Assembly (NCBI RefSeq): GCF_009914755.1
Contig: NC_060930.1
Reading direction: 5' to 3' (one strand)
Length of the DNA stretch: 64,000 bases
From: the human T2T-CHM13v2.0 reference genome, Homo sapiens
The translations under genes were made by a program, and so were the position numbers. Within the stretch, counting starts at the first letter, position 1. Each line of letters starts with the position of its first letter. This document shows positions 1 to 14,052 of the stretch, in pieces. A model generated the notes under the pieces. The model saw only the letters and a program-made list of their open reading frames with translations, had not been told where the DNA came from and ran no database searches.

Positions 1-371
1 TGTCAGAGAGAACAGAAGGTGCAAAATACAGGAAACTTTTCAAGAGGGTGATAGAACTCTACAATGGGTTGAGTGTATGAAGTGTTATTAAACAGATCGA
101 GATACTGCCCTGTCCCGCAAAGAAGAGTCCAAGAGAATTGAATTTGCATGGGGTGGGGAGAAGTTAAATTTTAGACACAGTAAATCTGAGATGCCCAAGG
201 AACTTTCCACTGCAGCACAGCTCAGAAGGAGGGCTCTGCAAGTCAGTGGCGGTGGCGACATAACAGAAATGAGATCACCCAGGGAAAGGTGAGGAGTGAG
301 ATGAGGTTGTGCTTTGGAATGCCCAGAAGCATCCCCAAAAGGGTTGGGCAGGTTCAAAAGGAGCCTATGGA

Positions 372-531
372 AGCCTAACTAGGTAGGAGACTAAAATAGA
401 GTGGGCAGAAAGATAAAGGAAAAGGAGAGGATTGTACCTTAGCCATCTTAGCCTAACTAGGTAGGAGACTAAAATAGAGTGGGCAGAAAGATAAAGGAAA
501 AGGAGAGAATGGTATCTTAGCCACCTTAGCC
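372..531. repeat. 78-bp tandem duplication (2 copies) within old L2-like sequence
   Basis: AGCCTAACTAGGTAGGAGACTAAAATAGAGTGGGCAG... starts at 372 and again at 450, with few mismatches. Confidence 0.9.
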
Positions 532-745
532 AAGAGGAGAGAGTTTCAAAAGGTGGGGCATAATACAAATGTAAAATACTGTAGAGGTCAAATGAGATAA
601 AGCCTAAAAAGTGTTGCTTGGACTTAGCAACCTGAAGGTAACAACAGCAAGAGCATCAGCAGCAGAAGGTGGGGTGAGGTGGGTAGTGTGGAGCCAGGCC
701 ACAGGGAGCTGAGGGCACTCCTCTGTCAAGAAATTGGTCTGAGAG

Positions 746-1030
746 GGCTGAGTGCAGTGGCTCATGCCTGTAATCTCAGCACTTTGGGAGGCCAAGGCAG
801 GCAGATCACTTGAGCCCAAGAATTCAAAACCAGCCTGGGAAACATAGCAAGACTCCATCTCTACAAAAAATACAAAACTTAGCCTTGAGGTGATGGCAGG
901 TGCCTATAGTCTCAGCTACTCAGGAGGCTGAGGTGGGAAGATCCATTGAGCCCAGGAGGTCAAGGCTGCAGTGAACCATGATGGCACCACTGCACACTCC
1001 AGTCTGGGTGACAGAGCAAGACCCTCTCAA
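746..1030 (+). mobile_element. Alu (AluJ-type)
   Basis: GGCTGAGTGCAGTGGCTCATGCC start, dimeric structure, J-type GAGGTCAAGGCTGCAGTGAACCATGAT. Confidence 0.93.
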
Positions 1031-1172
1031 AAAGAAAAGAAAAGAAAGACAGAAAGAGCAAGAGAGAAAGGAAAGAAAGAGAAAGGAAGAAAGAAAGAAA
1101 GAAGAAAAGAAAGAAAGCAAAGAAATAAAGACGGAAGGAAGGAAGGAAAGGAAGGAAGGAACGAAAAGAAAA
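1029..1172 (+). repeat. GA-rich (GAAA/GGAA)n polypurine tract derived from the Alu tail
   Basis: Read directly from the sequence. Confidence 0.9.
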
Positions 1173-2199
1173 GTCAGAAAGGCTGGTGGAGGATATGACA
1201 GTACCTCTCAAAGTCTGCCGTCAGGAAGGGTTTCTTAGGATAGGAAGGATTTGAGAATGTTTTGATGGTGAGAGGAAAGAGGAGAAGAACTGGCTGAAGT
1301 TTTATGAAGAGAAATGGAGTAGTTGTGAGCCTTAAACCTGCGATTGTGAGAAGATGGTCCCCGTGGGCGAGGAAGCATGGAGATAGAGACAGGTGTGCCT
1401 GGGTCCGGCCAGGCAGAGCTGGAAGAGTTTCCATCTGATTGCTTCCCTTCTTTTTAAGAAGGAAATATGGTGTTCTGATGAGCTTAAGGAGAGGAGCAGG
1501 TGAATGCAAGCATACAGAACTAGGTTAATTCAAAACTAATGTTACAAGAAATATAAAAAAACTGAATAGAGGTGTTTAAAAAAATGTGGAGCAGTTTTGA
1601 GGACCCAGCTGAGTTGGACACTGTAAATATCCAGGCCTATTCTTTAAAATTAAAAAATACAGAAAAGACAAACTATGTGTTCTTAACACTCATTTCAAAA
1701 GAGTAACTGTCCCATGCTCATAAAGACCCTTCCCTTTATTCTCCTTAACTGCTTCCCGGTCCTTTCCCTATGGCCAGCCAAGGTAATCTGCAAGGGGATG
1801 CCTTGAACCCAATTCACAAATCCCTCTCCCTGGTATTGTACATGTGAAGTTGCTTCTCCACTTCCCCAGTGAGCCTGCACATTCCGGGTAATAGGTCTCT
1901 GATTTAATTTTCTAGCACCCTGTGTTGGCCTAGAATTCCAAGAAAACACAAAAAATAATTCCTGATGAAGGTAGACAAAATGTCTAAGGTTATATATTCA
2001 CCCCTAACATTCTCCCACCACCCATGGTGACTCTAGAAGGTTATTTTTTGACCTGTCTTGGCCTAAAAGGGGATGCCTCTACATCCACCTCCCACTTTGT
2101 GAAGGAGACCAAAGGTGCTAAGCCATTTGAGCTCTGGGAGTACAAATGTCCCCTGAGCTGGGCCCACCCCTGTCCAATCACATCAAAACTGCCTCTTCC

Positions 2200-2493
2200 A
2201 GCCAGAACAGTGGTTCACGCCTATAATCCCAGCACTTTGGGAGGCCGAGGTGGGCGGATACCCTGAGCTCAGGAGTTCAAGACCAGCCTGGCCAACATGG
2301 CAAAACCCCATCTCTACTAAAATACAAAAAACTAGCCAGGTGTGGTGGCACGTGCCTGTAATCCCAGCTACTCAGGAGGTTGAGACACGAAAATCACTTG
2401 AGCCCAGGAGACAGAGGTTGCAGTGAGCCTAGATCGCGCCACTGCACTCCAGCCTGGGTGACAGAGCAAGACTCTGTCTCAATAAGAGTTAAG
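2200..2493 (+). mobile_element. Alu (AluS-type) with 15-bp TSD
   Basis: Full dimer; TSD AAAACTGCCTCTTCC at 2185-2199 and 2494-2508. Confidence 0.95.
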
Positions 2494-3944
2494 AAAACTG
2501 CCTCTTCCTCATCCTCTCTAATTCTGGTTCATTTTCCGCTTCTATAAATTGGATTCAAAACTTCTTGCTTTCAAGATGAGTCCATCTAGGAATCTTTGTA
2601 TACATCAAACTGTACTTTTTAAAATGTTCCAGAGACAATGTCATTTTTAATTTTGACCCCAAAACAATGTTAGGCTTTCTATTGGAAGGAGTATAGATTA
2701 TAGTTATATTTCATTGTAAATTCATATTTTTTAAACAAATTATTAATATAGGTTTATGAGATCTCAACCTGCCAATCTCAAACCACCTCATAAATATATG
2801 AGGTTTTCTAATATTCATAAATTATAAATATTCACAAAATATAGAAATTTTCAGAATGAGACAAATTACGTGTATTACAAAGGATGCACAAGAACAAATG
2901 TTGAAGTATTAAATAAATAAATACTTGTTCTCATTATATCAATTGCTATCTTTGAACTGTAGCATTTCTTTTTCATATCTAATTGCCAAAATATATTTTG
3001 TTTTCTTACCAGGAGATCCATTCTAAAGAAGTAGCTAGCTGATGGTATAGAAAGCTCAGTTTTCATAAACCCAACATTTTCCCCTCTCACTGAATAATGC
3101 ATGTTTTTGTGACTCTAGCATGAACGCTATCAAGCTTACTGATTATTTCTTACTATAAAAACCTTAAAGGCAAATCTAAGGATATTTACAAATGAAAACC
3201 AAATGTGTAGAATTTTTTTGCCTACTTCAAGGTACCCAACCACATAGGAGCCTAATTTGATTTGTAGTCAACATTTTTTACATTTTCTGACTTGTAATTT
3301 AAGGAGATAGTTAACATGAAATCTTGTACATTGCCATTTTAGCTTTACCTAAATTCTGGGATTCTGGGAGCTCTAGTTCTTTGTGACACAATAGAAAAAT
3401 TGAAGACATCATTCTAAACAAGGACCTGACATTCTGAAATATAAGAAAATAGTGCCAGAAATGCTAATAGGATATAGAATTCCATGAAGTTGGTGAATAG
3501 CACCATCCTCATTTTTTCAATGATAATCATATACTACAAATCTGAGAGTTTGGGAATATGAATAGTAAATATAAGAAAAGAGTTACTATGTCAAGCTGCT
3601 TTCTAAAATTTATGTCGAAATGTAAATTTCAGAAAAAGGCATTTTAATATTTTCTCTTCTTTTAGAAAATCAAGTATTTAAAAAAGAAATTGAACATCTT
3701 GGAAGTATATATTGAACTCAAAAATACATTTTCCTTGTTTCTGAGGAAAAAAATTAGCATCATATTCCTGAATTACTGCATTGTTTATAGAATGGGTTTG
3801 TTAATAATTAATTACACCAGGCAGTCTACGGAAAGGTACCTTATTTTGTCTGCTATTTCACTCTTTGTGTCAGGAAAAATCTTCCCTCATGAATCATGTT
3901 TACAAGATGGTTGACTAATGAAATGCCAAGAGGACTCTGGGTAA

Positions 3945-4281
<337 letters not shown>

Positions 4282-5185
4282 ATAACAGAGTCTTAAGCAA
4301 ATCTCTGAATATCTGAAGGGGCTTAGTTCTTTCAAATATTGCTTTCATGGGACTTTAAGGTTGCAGTTCAAGTAAGAGGTAGATGATAACTTCTTCTCCC
4401 AGACTGGTCTACTTCCTAGGATTCTAGAATTTTGACGGACAGGTCTCCAACATGTGACCATACAAATTTGTGTAAATTTCTAGGACATAACAATAAATAA
4501 AGGATTTTTTCCCTTGTAGCAACTGTACCATTGAAAATGGAGAAGTGTTTGACTAATAACAAAACATGTGACTGCCATGTTTATTTTGTTTACTTTCCTA
4601 TGGAAAAGTTTCTTAGAAGATCAGTTTCAAATGTTAGCATCTTTAAGAGAGAAAATTTTCAATTACTGTATTTAACATTAGTAAGTATGAACCAACAATG
4701 TGCATACACATGTGTAAGCTTATATTTACCAGTAGCCTGATGTGCCTCAACAATTGAAATGGTAGTTTATATACTTACTGGCACCTCTAATTCTCCTGCT
4801 ATTCATTTATTTAGCTATTGGTTTATTTTGATTTAAAGTGGGGTTTTTAACTTTTTAATTGAAATACAGCTTAAATTCTGAGAAATGTCTAGTTTTTAAG
4901 TGCAGCTCAATGAATTTTTACAAAGTTAACGTATCTGTACAAAACCACATGGATGAAAACAGATAGTTTCCCTCGTACCGCCTCCTAGACATTACCTCCC
5001 AAAGATTCCATTCTGATGCACTGAATTCTATCACCATTCCCTAATTTTGAAATTTATATAGATGAAATTAAAGAGTATATTCTTTGTCCAGTCTGCCTTC
5101 TTTCACTCAACACTGTCTATGAGATTCATGCATGCTGTTGCATATAGATGTAGTTCATTCTTATTTGTTTCTTTTGCTATAGAAC

Positions 5186-5392
5186 AGAAGTCAGCAAGTC
5201 ACAGCTCTTGGGCTAAACCTGACCTGTCACCTGTTTGATTAGAACACAGCCATGTCCATTCATTTACATATTGCCTATGGCAGTTTTCATGCTACAAAAT
5301 GGTAGAGTTTGGTCATGATAGAGACCATCTGATCCCCAATACCTAACATATTTGCTATGTGTCCCTTCACAGAAAGAGATTGCCGATTACCA
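5186..5392. mobile_element. MER58A-like hAT-Charlie MITE
   Basis: GAACACAGCCATGTCCATTCATTTACATATTGCCTATGGC...CCCTTCACAGAAAGAGATTGCCGA matches recalled MER58A. Confidence 0.75.
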
Positions 5393-5496
5393 CTATAGTG
5401 TCTAAATATTCTTATACATGTCTTTTTGTGCAAAAAATTACACACATTCTTTCAAGTATCTACCTATAATTGCAAATTGCAATTGTTGGGTCATAG

Positions 5497-5497
5497 A

Positions 5498-5562
<65 letters not shown>
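5497..5562. repeat. (TG)n microsatellite
   Basis: Read directly from the sequence. Confidence 0.98.
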
Positions 5563-5565
<3 letters not shown>

Positions 5566-6094
5566 TTCAGCTTTATTCTGCCAAAAAGTTTTCCAAACTG
5601 GCTATACCAATTTATCCTCCTACCAGCTGTGTACAAAAGTCCCACAAATAATTTAACACTCAATGATTAACTTAAGTAAAAGTTAGAATGCATAATTCAT
5701 CATTTGACTCAATAAAAACAGTTTATGTAATAGCCTGTAATGAAGATCATGATTATCATTTAAGTAAACAAATCATCAGGTGTTACCATCAGGTTGATGA
5801 TGGTAGTAATAAAATGAGTAAATTTTATTTGCTGATTATCCATGAGCATTAAAGAGTTGATGAAGTTTGTTGCATAAACTGAATTAATAGTTATTCTTTG
5901 TTGAACACTTGAAAATAAATGTCCCACAAATGATCCTAGTAAGTGCTTACTCACCCACAGGGAACTATAAACAAAACCCTGGTTCATAAATAAAAACTGT
6001 TTTCTGTCGACCTAATTAATTTTCATTTTTTCTTTCTCAACAAAATATACAACTAACTATATTTTACAGATCTAAAGTTATAATATGAAAAGTT

Positions 6095-6420
6095 ATGATT
6101 AAGGGAGTGAGGGCTGAATAGGAGGAACACAGAAGATGTGTATGGCAGTTAAAATATTCTGTATGATACTGTAATGGTAGATACATTTGTCTATAGAACA
6201 TGCAACATCAAGAGTGAACTGTGATGTAAACTGTGGATTTGGGATGATAATGATGTGTCAATGAAGGTTCATCAATTATAACAAATGGACCACTCTGATG
6301 GGGGAGGTTGACAATGGGAAAGTTTGTGATGTGTGGTATGTGGGGTATATGGGAAATTGCTTTACCTTCCTCTCAATTTTGCCCTAAAAAAACCAAAGAC
6401 TTAAAAGACTTAAAAAATAA
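6095..6420 (+). mobile_element. L1MC-like 3' end fragment
   Basis: TGTATGATACTGTAATGGTAGATACA...GATAATGATGTGTCAATG...GGGTATATGGGAA followed by an A-rich end. Confidence 0.7.
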
Positions 6421-7971
6421 TAGTTAAGGCATCATATTTGGAAAAATCGATAGTTTAGTCCTTTACTATGAAATCATATAGCCTAACACTTCTAAACTTA
6501 ACCTTCATGTGTTGTTTTCATGGACTTTATACATACTTGCTCTAGGAATGAAACAGCAGTGTTTTCAATTGGCCTTTTTTATCAGTTTCTCTCAGTATTG
6601 GGTATGTGCAGGTGGGGAGGGTCACCTTTAGCTAGTATCAGAATTGAGTTGAATGCGAGAATTATAAATTTCGTATAAAAAAATTCAAGAAGCGTTTTTG
6701 CTACCAGGTGGTAAAATCATGCATATTTTTTATTTCCCTTTTTTTGTCTCTTTATATTTTCCAAGTGTTCAATAAAATGTGGTCATTCATTTTTCTAATA
6801 AAAGAGATTTTAGGTTATTTCTCTGATTTCTAAGAGTACAAAGGGTGTTTCTTATTGTTTGTTTGCATTACTAAAACCTACATCTCCCAAGTATAAAGGT
6901 TTTGATAACTGACTCCCATGGTGGAATATGCATAAATAGAGAGGTGGTTGTGACTTCAACTGTGCCTTAAGGTAACCACTACACCAGTTGCTGCATCTTA
7001 GAGTTGAGTCAGGGCTTTTATTAAACCTCTCTCACAAAGTCACCTGACCCCAAACAAATGGAATTCCTGAGATCAGCCATCCTTTTGCAGAGGGCATGTG
7101 ACCCAAAAATCCAGTACCTTGTATCATAGATCAACATGCCACCCATTGACATCCAGCCCATGACATAGCACAGAAGTTGCAAAACAATAGGAAAGTCAAG
7201 TAACTGAGGTTTGTGGTTCTGCGGCAAATGGAAGCCTTCCAGAACCAACACACTAAGAGTCTGTTGCAGTAGGGATGGGTGAGAGCTCATTGCACAAATG
7301 ATATCAAGTAATGTGGAACAAAACACTGTGGAACTTTCTGAGGTTCTCAAAATCGAAACATGTAACACAGCCACACTAGTACACATGCATGCACGTGCAC
7401 ATATACACATGGAGACACAGCCTGCCTCTGCCTCAGAGACATCCTCAAGATGTTATCAATACATGTTTCAATTATGCCAGGGGAATTTGCAGTTTTCATT
7501 AAGCTAAGAGACAAACAAAAGGCAATTGCACATTTCCAAGTTCAAGATCTCTATTTTCTTCCTTTCTTCTCAAATTGGACCCAAAAGGCATAGTTTTGTC
7601 TGAGGGAATAAAGGTACAGTTATTTTGTGCAACCAGTTAGTTTACTTTCACTGTTCAGAGAAGAAACGGAGAGAAATGCTATATAACTCTGAGTGTCCTA
7701 ATGTCTGCCTCAAATATATGAAGATCCTGCTGATACAAAACTCTATAAAGAACTACAAATACAGTGTGATTTTCCAAAGATGAATGGTTATGTATATGTG
7801 CATGTGTGTATAGAACCTTAAGTGGTAAGAAAAATTTTAATTTGATTTGATTCGTCGTATTTTGTCCTGCATTTTACAGCTTTTCTACCATCAACATGTA
7901 TTACTTTCATAATAGAAAAAATAAACATGAGAAAGAAATAACCTGTTGGTAACTTTTTTTAAAAAAACATG

Positions 7972-8108
7972 GAAAGGAAAGGTGATTGGCAATCTCATCC
8001 TTAGAACACTTCCCTCCTCGGGGAATTCTTTTTATACTTGATTTGTCTTTAGAGTGACTTTTTTCTATTTTTAATGAAGGGGGCTACCTCTGCTTCTGTT
8101 TTTTCTCT
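7972..8108 (+). repeat. Copy A of a ~135-bp dispersed direct repeat
   Basis: About 91% identical to 10420-10555 (offset 2448 bp). Confidence 0.9.
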
Positions 8109-8349
8109 AAAAGGGGATAAAAAGAAATGGGGGAAAAAGCTGAGAGCAGTGTGCAGCTGAGGTCCAGTGAGCTCTAAAGAGGCCCTGAAAGGTTGTTCAG
8201 GGACAGCATCCTGTTGTAGAACTTTCCCGAGGACAAAGAGACAGGCAAGTCTTTGTTCAGGCTCTATCATCTAGTTCATTGTTCTCTCATTGAAAAATTA
8301 AAATGTGTTGTGACCACTTGTTTTTAACATAAAAAGCTTTTTCTGGGTT

Positions 8350-8653
8350 TTTTTTTTCTTTTATTTTTTTTGAGACGGAGTCTTGCTCTGTTGCCCAAGC
8401 TGGAGTCAGTGGTGCAATCTCGGCTCATTGCGACCTCCGCCACGAGGGTTCAAGTGAGTCTCCTGCCTCAGCCTCCTGAGTAGCTGGGACTACAGGTGCA
8501 CACCACCACACCCGGCTAATTTTTATATTTTCAGTAGAGACAGGCGTTTCACCATATTGGCCAGGCTGGTCTCGAACTCCTGACCTCAGGTGATCTGCCT
8601 GCCTCAGCCTCCTGAAGTGCTGGGATTAGAGGCATAAGCCACCATGCCCGTCC
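8350..8653 (-). mobile_element. Alu (AluSx-type)
   Basis: Poly-T followed by reverse Alu dimer; short flanking repeat TCTGGGTT. Confidence 0.95.
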
Positions 8654-9100
8654 CTCTGGGTTCATTTTTAAAGTAAATCATCATACTGGAGGGAAAATCA
8701 GTGGCTTCCCAAAAGTATATAGTGTCTTTAATTGTACCCATAATCATTGTGACTCCAAAGAGCAGTGTCAAGTAACAGTCATATACTAGGATTTCTAATG
8801 TACAATTATAAAGTAATGATAAGGAAAAAGTTGATTTGTATAATATTTTGCTTATACTCTGAGCCTGGATAATCTAGAGCGTATATAATATTCTATAGCT
8901 ATATGATCTGATAATGATGGATTTGTCCAGTAAAAGTAGATAATGAGTTCCAACCAAATAGGTGCACTCTTCTAGGCACCAGAAAAACAGTAGTGAATAA
9001 AACAGACAAAACTTCTGTCCCAGGAGCTTAGATTCTAGTAGGATGTGGGGGTGCAGTAAATGGACAGTAAACAGTATAAAAAATTAAATTAGATATTGCA

Positions 9101-9417
<317 letters not shown>

Positions 9418-9686
9418 AGACATTGCATTGTTTTAGAACATGATGGACTATAAAATAAATAAAGCAGAAGTATCTGTGAGAAATGGAGTAACAGTGGTAG
9501 AGGCGGAGGTGAGGGTGCTGATTTGAGAAGGTGAACAAGGATCTGCTTGTTCAGGAGCAGCAGGATCTGCTCAGGATCTGCAGCAACTGTCCTAGGTAGA
9601 AGGCACAGCACCTGCCAAAGGCCTGGAGCAGGAGTGAGCCTGGAGAACCCAAGGAACAGAAAGGAACAAGTGTGGCTAAAGCTGAG

Positions 9687-10040
9687 TATGTTAATCTGTT
9701 CTCAAGCTGCTGATAAAGACATACCCAAGACTGGGTAATTTATAAAGAAAAAGAGGTTTGATGGGCCCACAGTTCCACATGGCTGGGGAGGCCTCACAAT
9801 CATGGCAGAAGGCAAAAGGCACATCTTACATGGTAGCAGGCAAGAGAGAACTTGTGCAGGGAAACTCCCCTTTATAAAACCATCAGATCTTATGAGACTT
9901 ATTCACTATTATGAGAACAGCATGGGAACCGAACCTCATGATTCGGTTACCTCCCACTGGGTCCCTCCCATGACACATGGGAATTGTGGGAGCTACAGTT
10001 CAAAATGAGATTTGAGTGAAGACACAGCCAAACCATATCA
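9687..10040 (-). mobile_element. THE1 (ERVL-MaLR) solo LTR
   Basis: Ends ...CAGCCAAACCATATCA (reverse of TGATATGGTTTGGCTG); 354 bp; 5-bp TSD CTGAG/CCAAG, both derivable from CCGAG by CpG decay. Confidence 0.9.
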
Positions 10041-10419
10041 CCAAGGAATGAGGATTAGGAGACAAGAGGTCATGGGAGGCAGAATTGAGGAGTCCTCATG
10101 AGGACTGTAGATTTATTCTGCATGAGATGAGGAGCCAGAGGAAATTTTTGAACACTAGTGTCATGGAATCTGACTTCCTTTTTAAAATACTGGATATCTT
10201 AGGTTGATTTTGAAAATTAACAAAATAAGGAAAAAGTGCCTGCAGTATATTGCCATTGTCCTTAAACAAGCACTGAAAGGATATGTTTAGGGTAATAACA
10301 ATAAAGAGATTTAAAGCCATATGTTATATATGCTCCAGATAAGTAATATGGTAATTAATGTTCATCTAACATAGAAAGTTCAACTAGAGAACATACCACT
10401 TTAAAGGAGTTAGGACTTA

Positions 10420-10555
10420 GAAAGGAAAAGTGATTGGCAATCTCGTCCTTAGAAAACTCCCCTCCTTGGGGAATTCTTGCCGTACTTGATTTGTCTTTAG
10501 AGTGGCTTTTTTCTAGTTTTAATGAAGGGGGCTACCTCCGCTTCTGTTTTTCTCT
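10420..10555 (+). repeat. Copy B of the ~135-bp dispersed direct repeat
   Basis: Matches 7972-8108. Confidence 0.9.
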
Positions 10556-10735
10556 CTTTGACTCTCTACCTTTCTTAAAGAATAGCTTGGTATCATAGTT
10601 AATGGCTTACTCAGGAAACTAGTTTTACTAAAAAACAAAGGAAAGAGAAGCCTCTCCTTTTTCCATGATCTTTAAGGTAGGTGTTTACAAATGCTAGCAG
10701 AGTTAAGCAGGCTCCAGAGTCTCTTTATGACAGAG

Positions 10736-10842
10736 CAGGGACTCTGCATTCTCAGAAAGTTGTCTACTGACAACATTAGTGGTGCCATTGACCTAGGCTA
10801 GAATGAGTAGCGCTCCCTAGGGTTGCGATGTGGCAGCCCTGG
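10736..10842. mobile_element. MER91-like palindromic hAT MITE remnant
   Basis: CAGGG...GGTGCCATTGACCTAGGCTAGAATGAGTAGCGCTCCCTAGGGTTGCGATGTGGCAGCCCTG resembles MER91. Confidence 0.55.
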
Positions 10843-12332
10843 GCATGAGAGATTGGTTCATCACAGACATCAGGCTTTGGCCTCTCTGATGCCCTTTTTG
10901 TCTGAGAACCATGGACTGACCCAAATACCCTCTCTTTGATTTATTCAGTCAGAAAGTGAGAATACCAGCATTTCTCTACTCCCATCCCCTTTAATTTTAC
11001 CTCCAAGGAAAAATTTGTGTGAATTTTTAAAGAAAGGCACATCTATACAGAATTTATAAGGTAACTCGGTGAAAAGGAGACCCAAAACACAAAATATAAT
11101 TGTCCACTCAGTTTGGCCAGCAATTATTGAGCATCTACTGTAATCCTAGAACTATGCTTGGTAGTAAGGATAGGAAGAAATGAGTGTGGCCCCATCTCCC
11201 GTGTTCTGTTTTCTAGCATTATACAGTCAGCCCCCTCTGCTCTGCAAGAGAATGAAACAGGACTGGCCCTTTCCCTGCAGTGGCATTGTTTTACAAACTC
11301 ATGGATATTCAGGTACACACATCAGCCTGGAACCTGGGCCTCCTCTATGAGTTGTTTCATGCTTATCCTGGTCAAAGCATTGATAGGCCCAGAAAAGTCT
11401 ATAATGGGTAGATTCAATTGACAGTCTGGAGACTTGATTTTATGTCCTGGCTCCTTCCCCAGATTGTACACCATAATCTCTCTCTGTCTCAAATTCCCCA
11501 TCCTTCAAACATGTCCAACAACCCGCTATGTAACCCCAACTTTAACTGCATTGCTTATGAGTTTGAATGAAATAACAATATGAGTAAAGGACACAGGAAA
11601 AAAAATCAACTGTCTATGCCAATATCAGGCTTGTAAAGGGTATGGTCACTTTCTATCAAGAAACCTTGGTAGTTGAGTGAACCACATTTTTCTTTAGTGT
11701 GCCTTTAGTGAAAAATGACTAATTGAATAGAATTGCTAGCACCAGAACTTCAGCTTTCAAAATACTAAGCTATCGCTGTGAAGGAGACAGTCCTGAAATC
11801 TGTGACCTTGGATCAGGCACAACAACCTATCTGCTCTCAGGCACCAAAAGCAGACTTGCCAAGCAAATATTCCTGGAGTCAATTTCCTGATGAATTCTTT
11901 AGGGTCTATGTCCATAACTGTCCTTCATAAGAATGAGGGATGCTTAATTTTGTAGGATACTAAATGGTTTGGCTTATCTGCTTTCTCCAAAATACATGCT
12001 GAAACTGTAGGAAAGCTCATGGCCGAATGAATACTCGTATAAGGAGAAGACTAAAGAGGTCATGGGCAAGAGCACATAATAGATATCCACAAGGGGCCAG
12101 CGCCACTTGGGCAGGACCTGAAGGCCAACCAAGACTGTGAATCCCCAAGCCAAGGTAGCTGAGAACAGAGAAAGTCAATGACTCCTGTAGAAGCATTCTC
12201 TTCATCTCTTTGGAAGCCTTGGCAAGGGTACTGTGGCTATTGAAGAAAGGTTTGCTTTTTGGCAACACTGAAACAGATTTAAATTCATATTGAAACAAAT
12301 GACGCAAGCATCTCTAGTTAAAATAGCTTTGT

Positions 12333-13580
12333 TGGGAGAACTGGCTAGCCATATGCAGAAAATTCAAACTGAACCCCTTCCTTATACCTTATGCAAAAAT
12401 TAACTCAAGATAGATTAAAGACTTAAATGTAAAACTGAAAATGATAAAAACCCTAGAAGAAAGTCTAGGCAATACCATTCAGGACATAGGCACGGGCAAA
12501 GATTTCATGATGAAAATGTCAAAAGCAATTGCAACAGAAGCAAAAATTGACCAATGGGACCTAATTAAATGAAAGAGCTTCTCCACAGCAAAGAAACTAT
12601 CATCAGAGTGAACAGGCAACCTACAGAATGAGAGAAAATTTTTGCAATCTATCCATCTGACAATTCTAACATCTAGAATCTACAAGGAACTTAAACAAAT
12701 TTGCAAGAAAAAAAATTAAGAAAGTGGGCAAATGACATGAACAGACACTTCTCAAAAGAAGATATTTATGCAGCCAACAAACAAATGAAAAATAGCTTGA
12801 CATCACTGATCATTATAGTAATGCAAATCAAAACCACAATGAGCTACCATCTCAGAACAGCGATTATTAAAAAGTCAGGAAACAACAGATGCTGGTGAGG
12901 CTGTGGAGAAATAGGAATGTATTTACACTGTTGGTGGGAATGTAAATTAGTTCAGCCATTGAGGAAGACAGTGTGGTGATTCCTCAAAGACCTAGAACCA
13001 GAAATACCATATTTGACCCAGCAATCCCATTACTGGGTATATAACCAAAAGAATATAAATCATTCTATTATAAAAACACATGCACACATAAATTCATTGC
13101 AGCACCATTCACAATAGCAAAGATGAAATCAACCCAAATGTCAATCAATGATAGCCAGGATAAAGAAAATGTGGTACATATACACCATGGAATACTATGC
13201 AGCCATAAAACGGAATGAGATCATGTCCTTTGCAGGGACATGGATGGAGCTGGGAGCCATTATACCCAGCAAACTAATGCAGGAACAGAAAACCAAACAC
13301 TGAATGTTCTCACTTATAAATGGCAGCTGAACAATGAGAATACATGGACACATCGAGGGGAACAACACACATTGGGGCCTGTGGTGGATGGTGTGGAGTG
13401 GGGGTGTTGGGTGGAAGGGAGATCATCAGGATAAACAGCTAATGTATGCTGGACTTAATACCTAAATGATGGGTTGATAGGTGCAGCAAACCACCATGGT
13501 ACACGTTTACCTATGTAACAAACCTGCACATCCTGCACCTGTATCCTGGAACTTAAAATAAATAAAAATTTAAAAAATAA
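12333..13580 (+). mobile_element. 5'-truncated older primate L1 (about L1PA11-16), ORF2 3' end plus 3'UTR
   Basis: Degenerate ORF2 peptide ([19 protein letters not shown]...NNRCW), A-rich tail, 14-bp TSD TAAAATAGCTTTGT at 12319-12332 and 13581-13594. Confidence 0.93.
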
Positions 13581-13749
13581 TAAAATAGCTTTGTAATATA
13601 CATTTCACATATTAAAATATGCATTTTTCTAGGGATAGCTTTGAAAGAAACTTCTCTATAATGAGGAATGAATCAGAGCTTGTTAGCATGAAATCATATT
13701 TCAGGGTCTTCCTTGGCTCATTAGAGAGCAAAAGGTCTCATAGATCAAG

Positions 13750-14052
13750 AGAAAAAAACAAGCAAAGGGGAGAGGATTCCCTATTTATTAATGGTGCTGG
13801 GAGAACTGGCTAGCCATATACAGAAAACTGAAACTGGACCCCTTCCTTACAACTTATACAAAAATTAACTCAAGGTGGGTTAAGGACTTAAATGTAAATC
13901 CCAAAACTATAAAAACCCTAGAAGAGAATCTAGGCAATACCATTCAGGACATAGGTACAGGCAAAGATTTCATGATGAAAACATCAAAAGCCAAAATTGA
14001 CAAATGGGACCTAATTAAAGAGCTTCTGCACAGCAAAAGAAACTATCATCAG
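13750..14052 (+). mobile_element. Internal L1 ORF2 fragment without 3'UTR or poly(A)
   Basis: Homologous to 12333-12610; stops abruptly at AAACTATCATCAG. Confidence 0.9.

Larger units (their letters stand above)
4845..5645 (-). mobile_element. Old L1M (L1ME-like) 3' fragment, interrupted by MER58 and a (TG)n tract
   Basis: Similar to antisense L1M 3' region (CTTCTTTCACTCAACA...GAGATTCATGCATGCTGTTGCA). Confidence 0.6.

Noticed and set aside
920-1238. Lys/Glu/Arg-rich and Phe/Ser-rich ORFs
   Set aside because: Artefacts of the GA-rich simple repeat.
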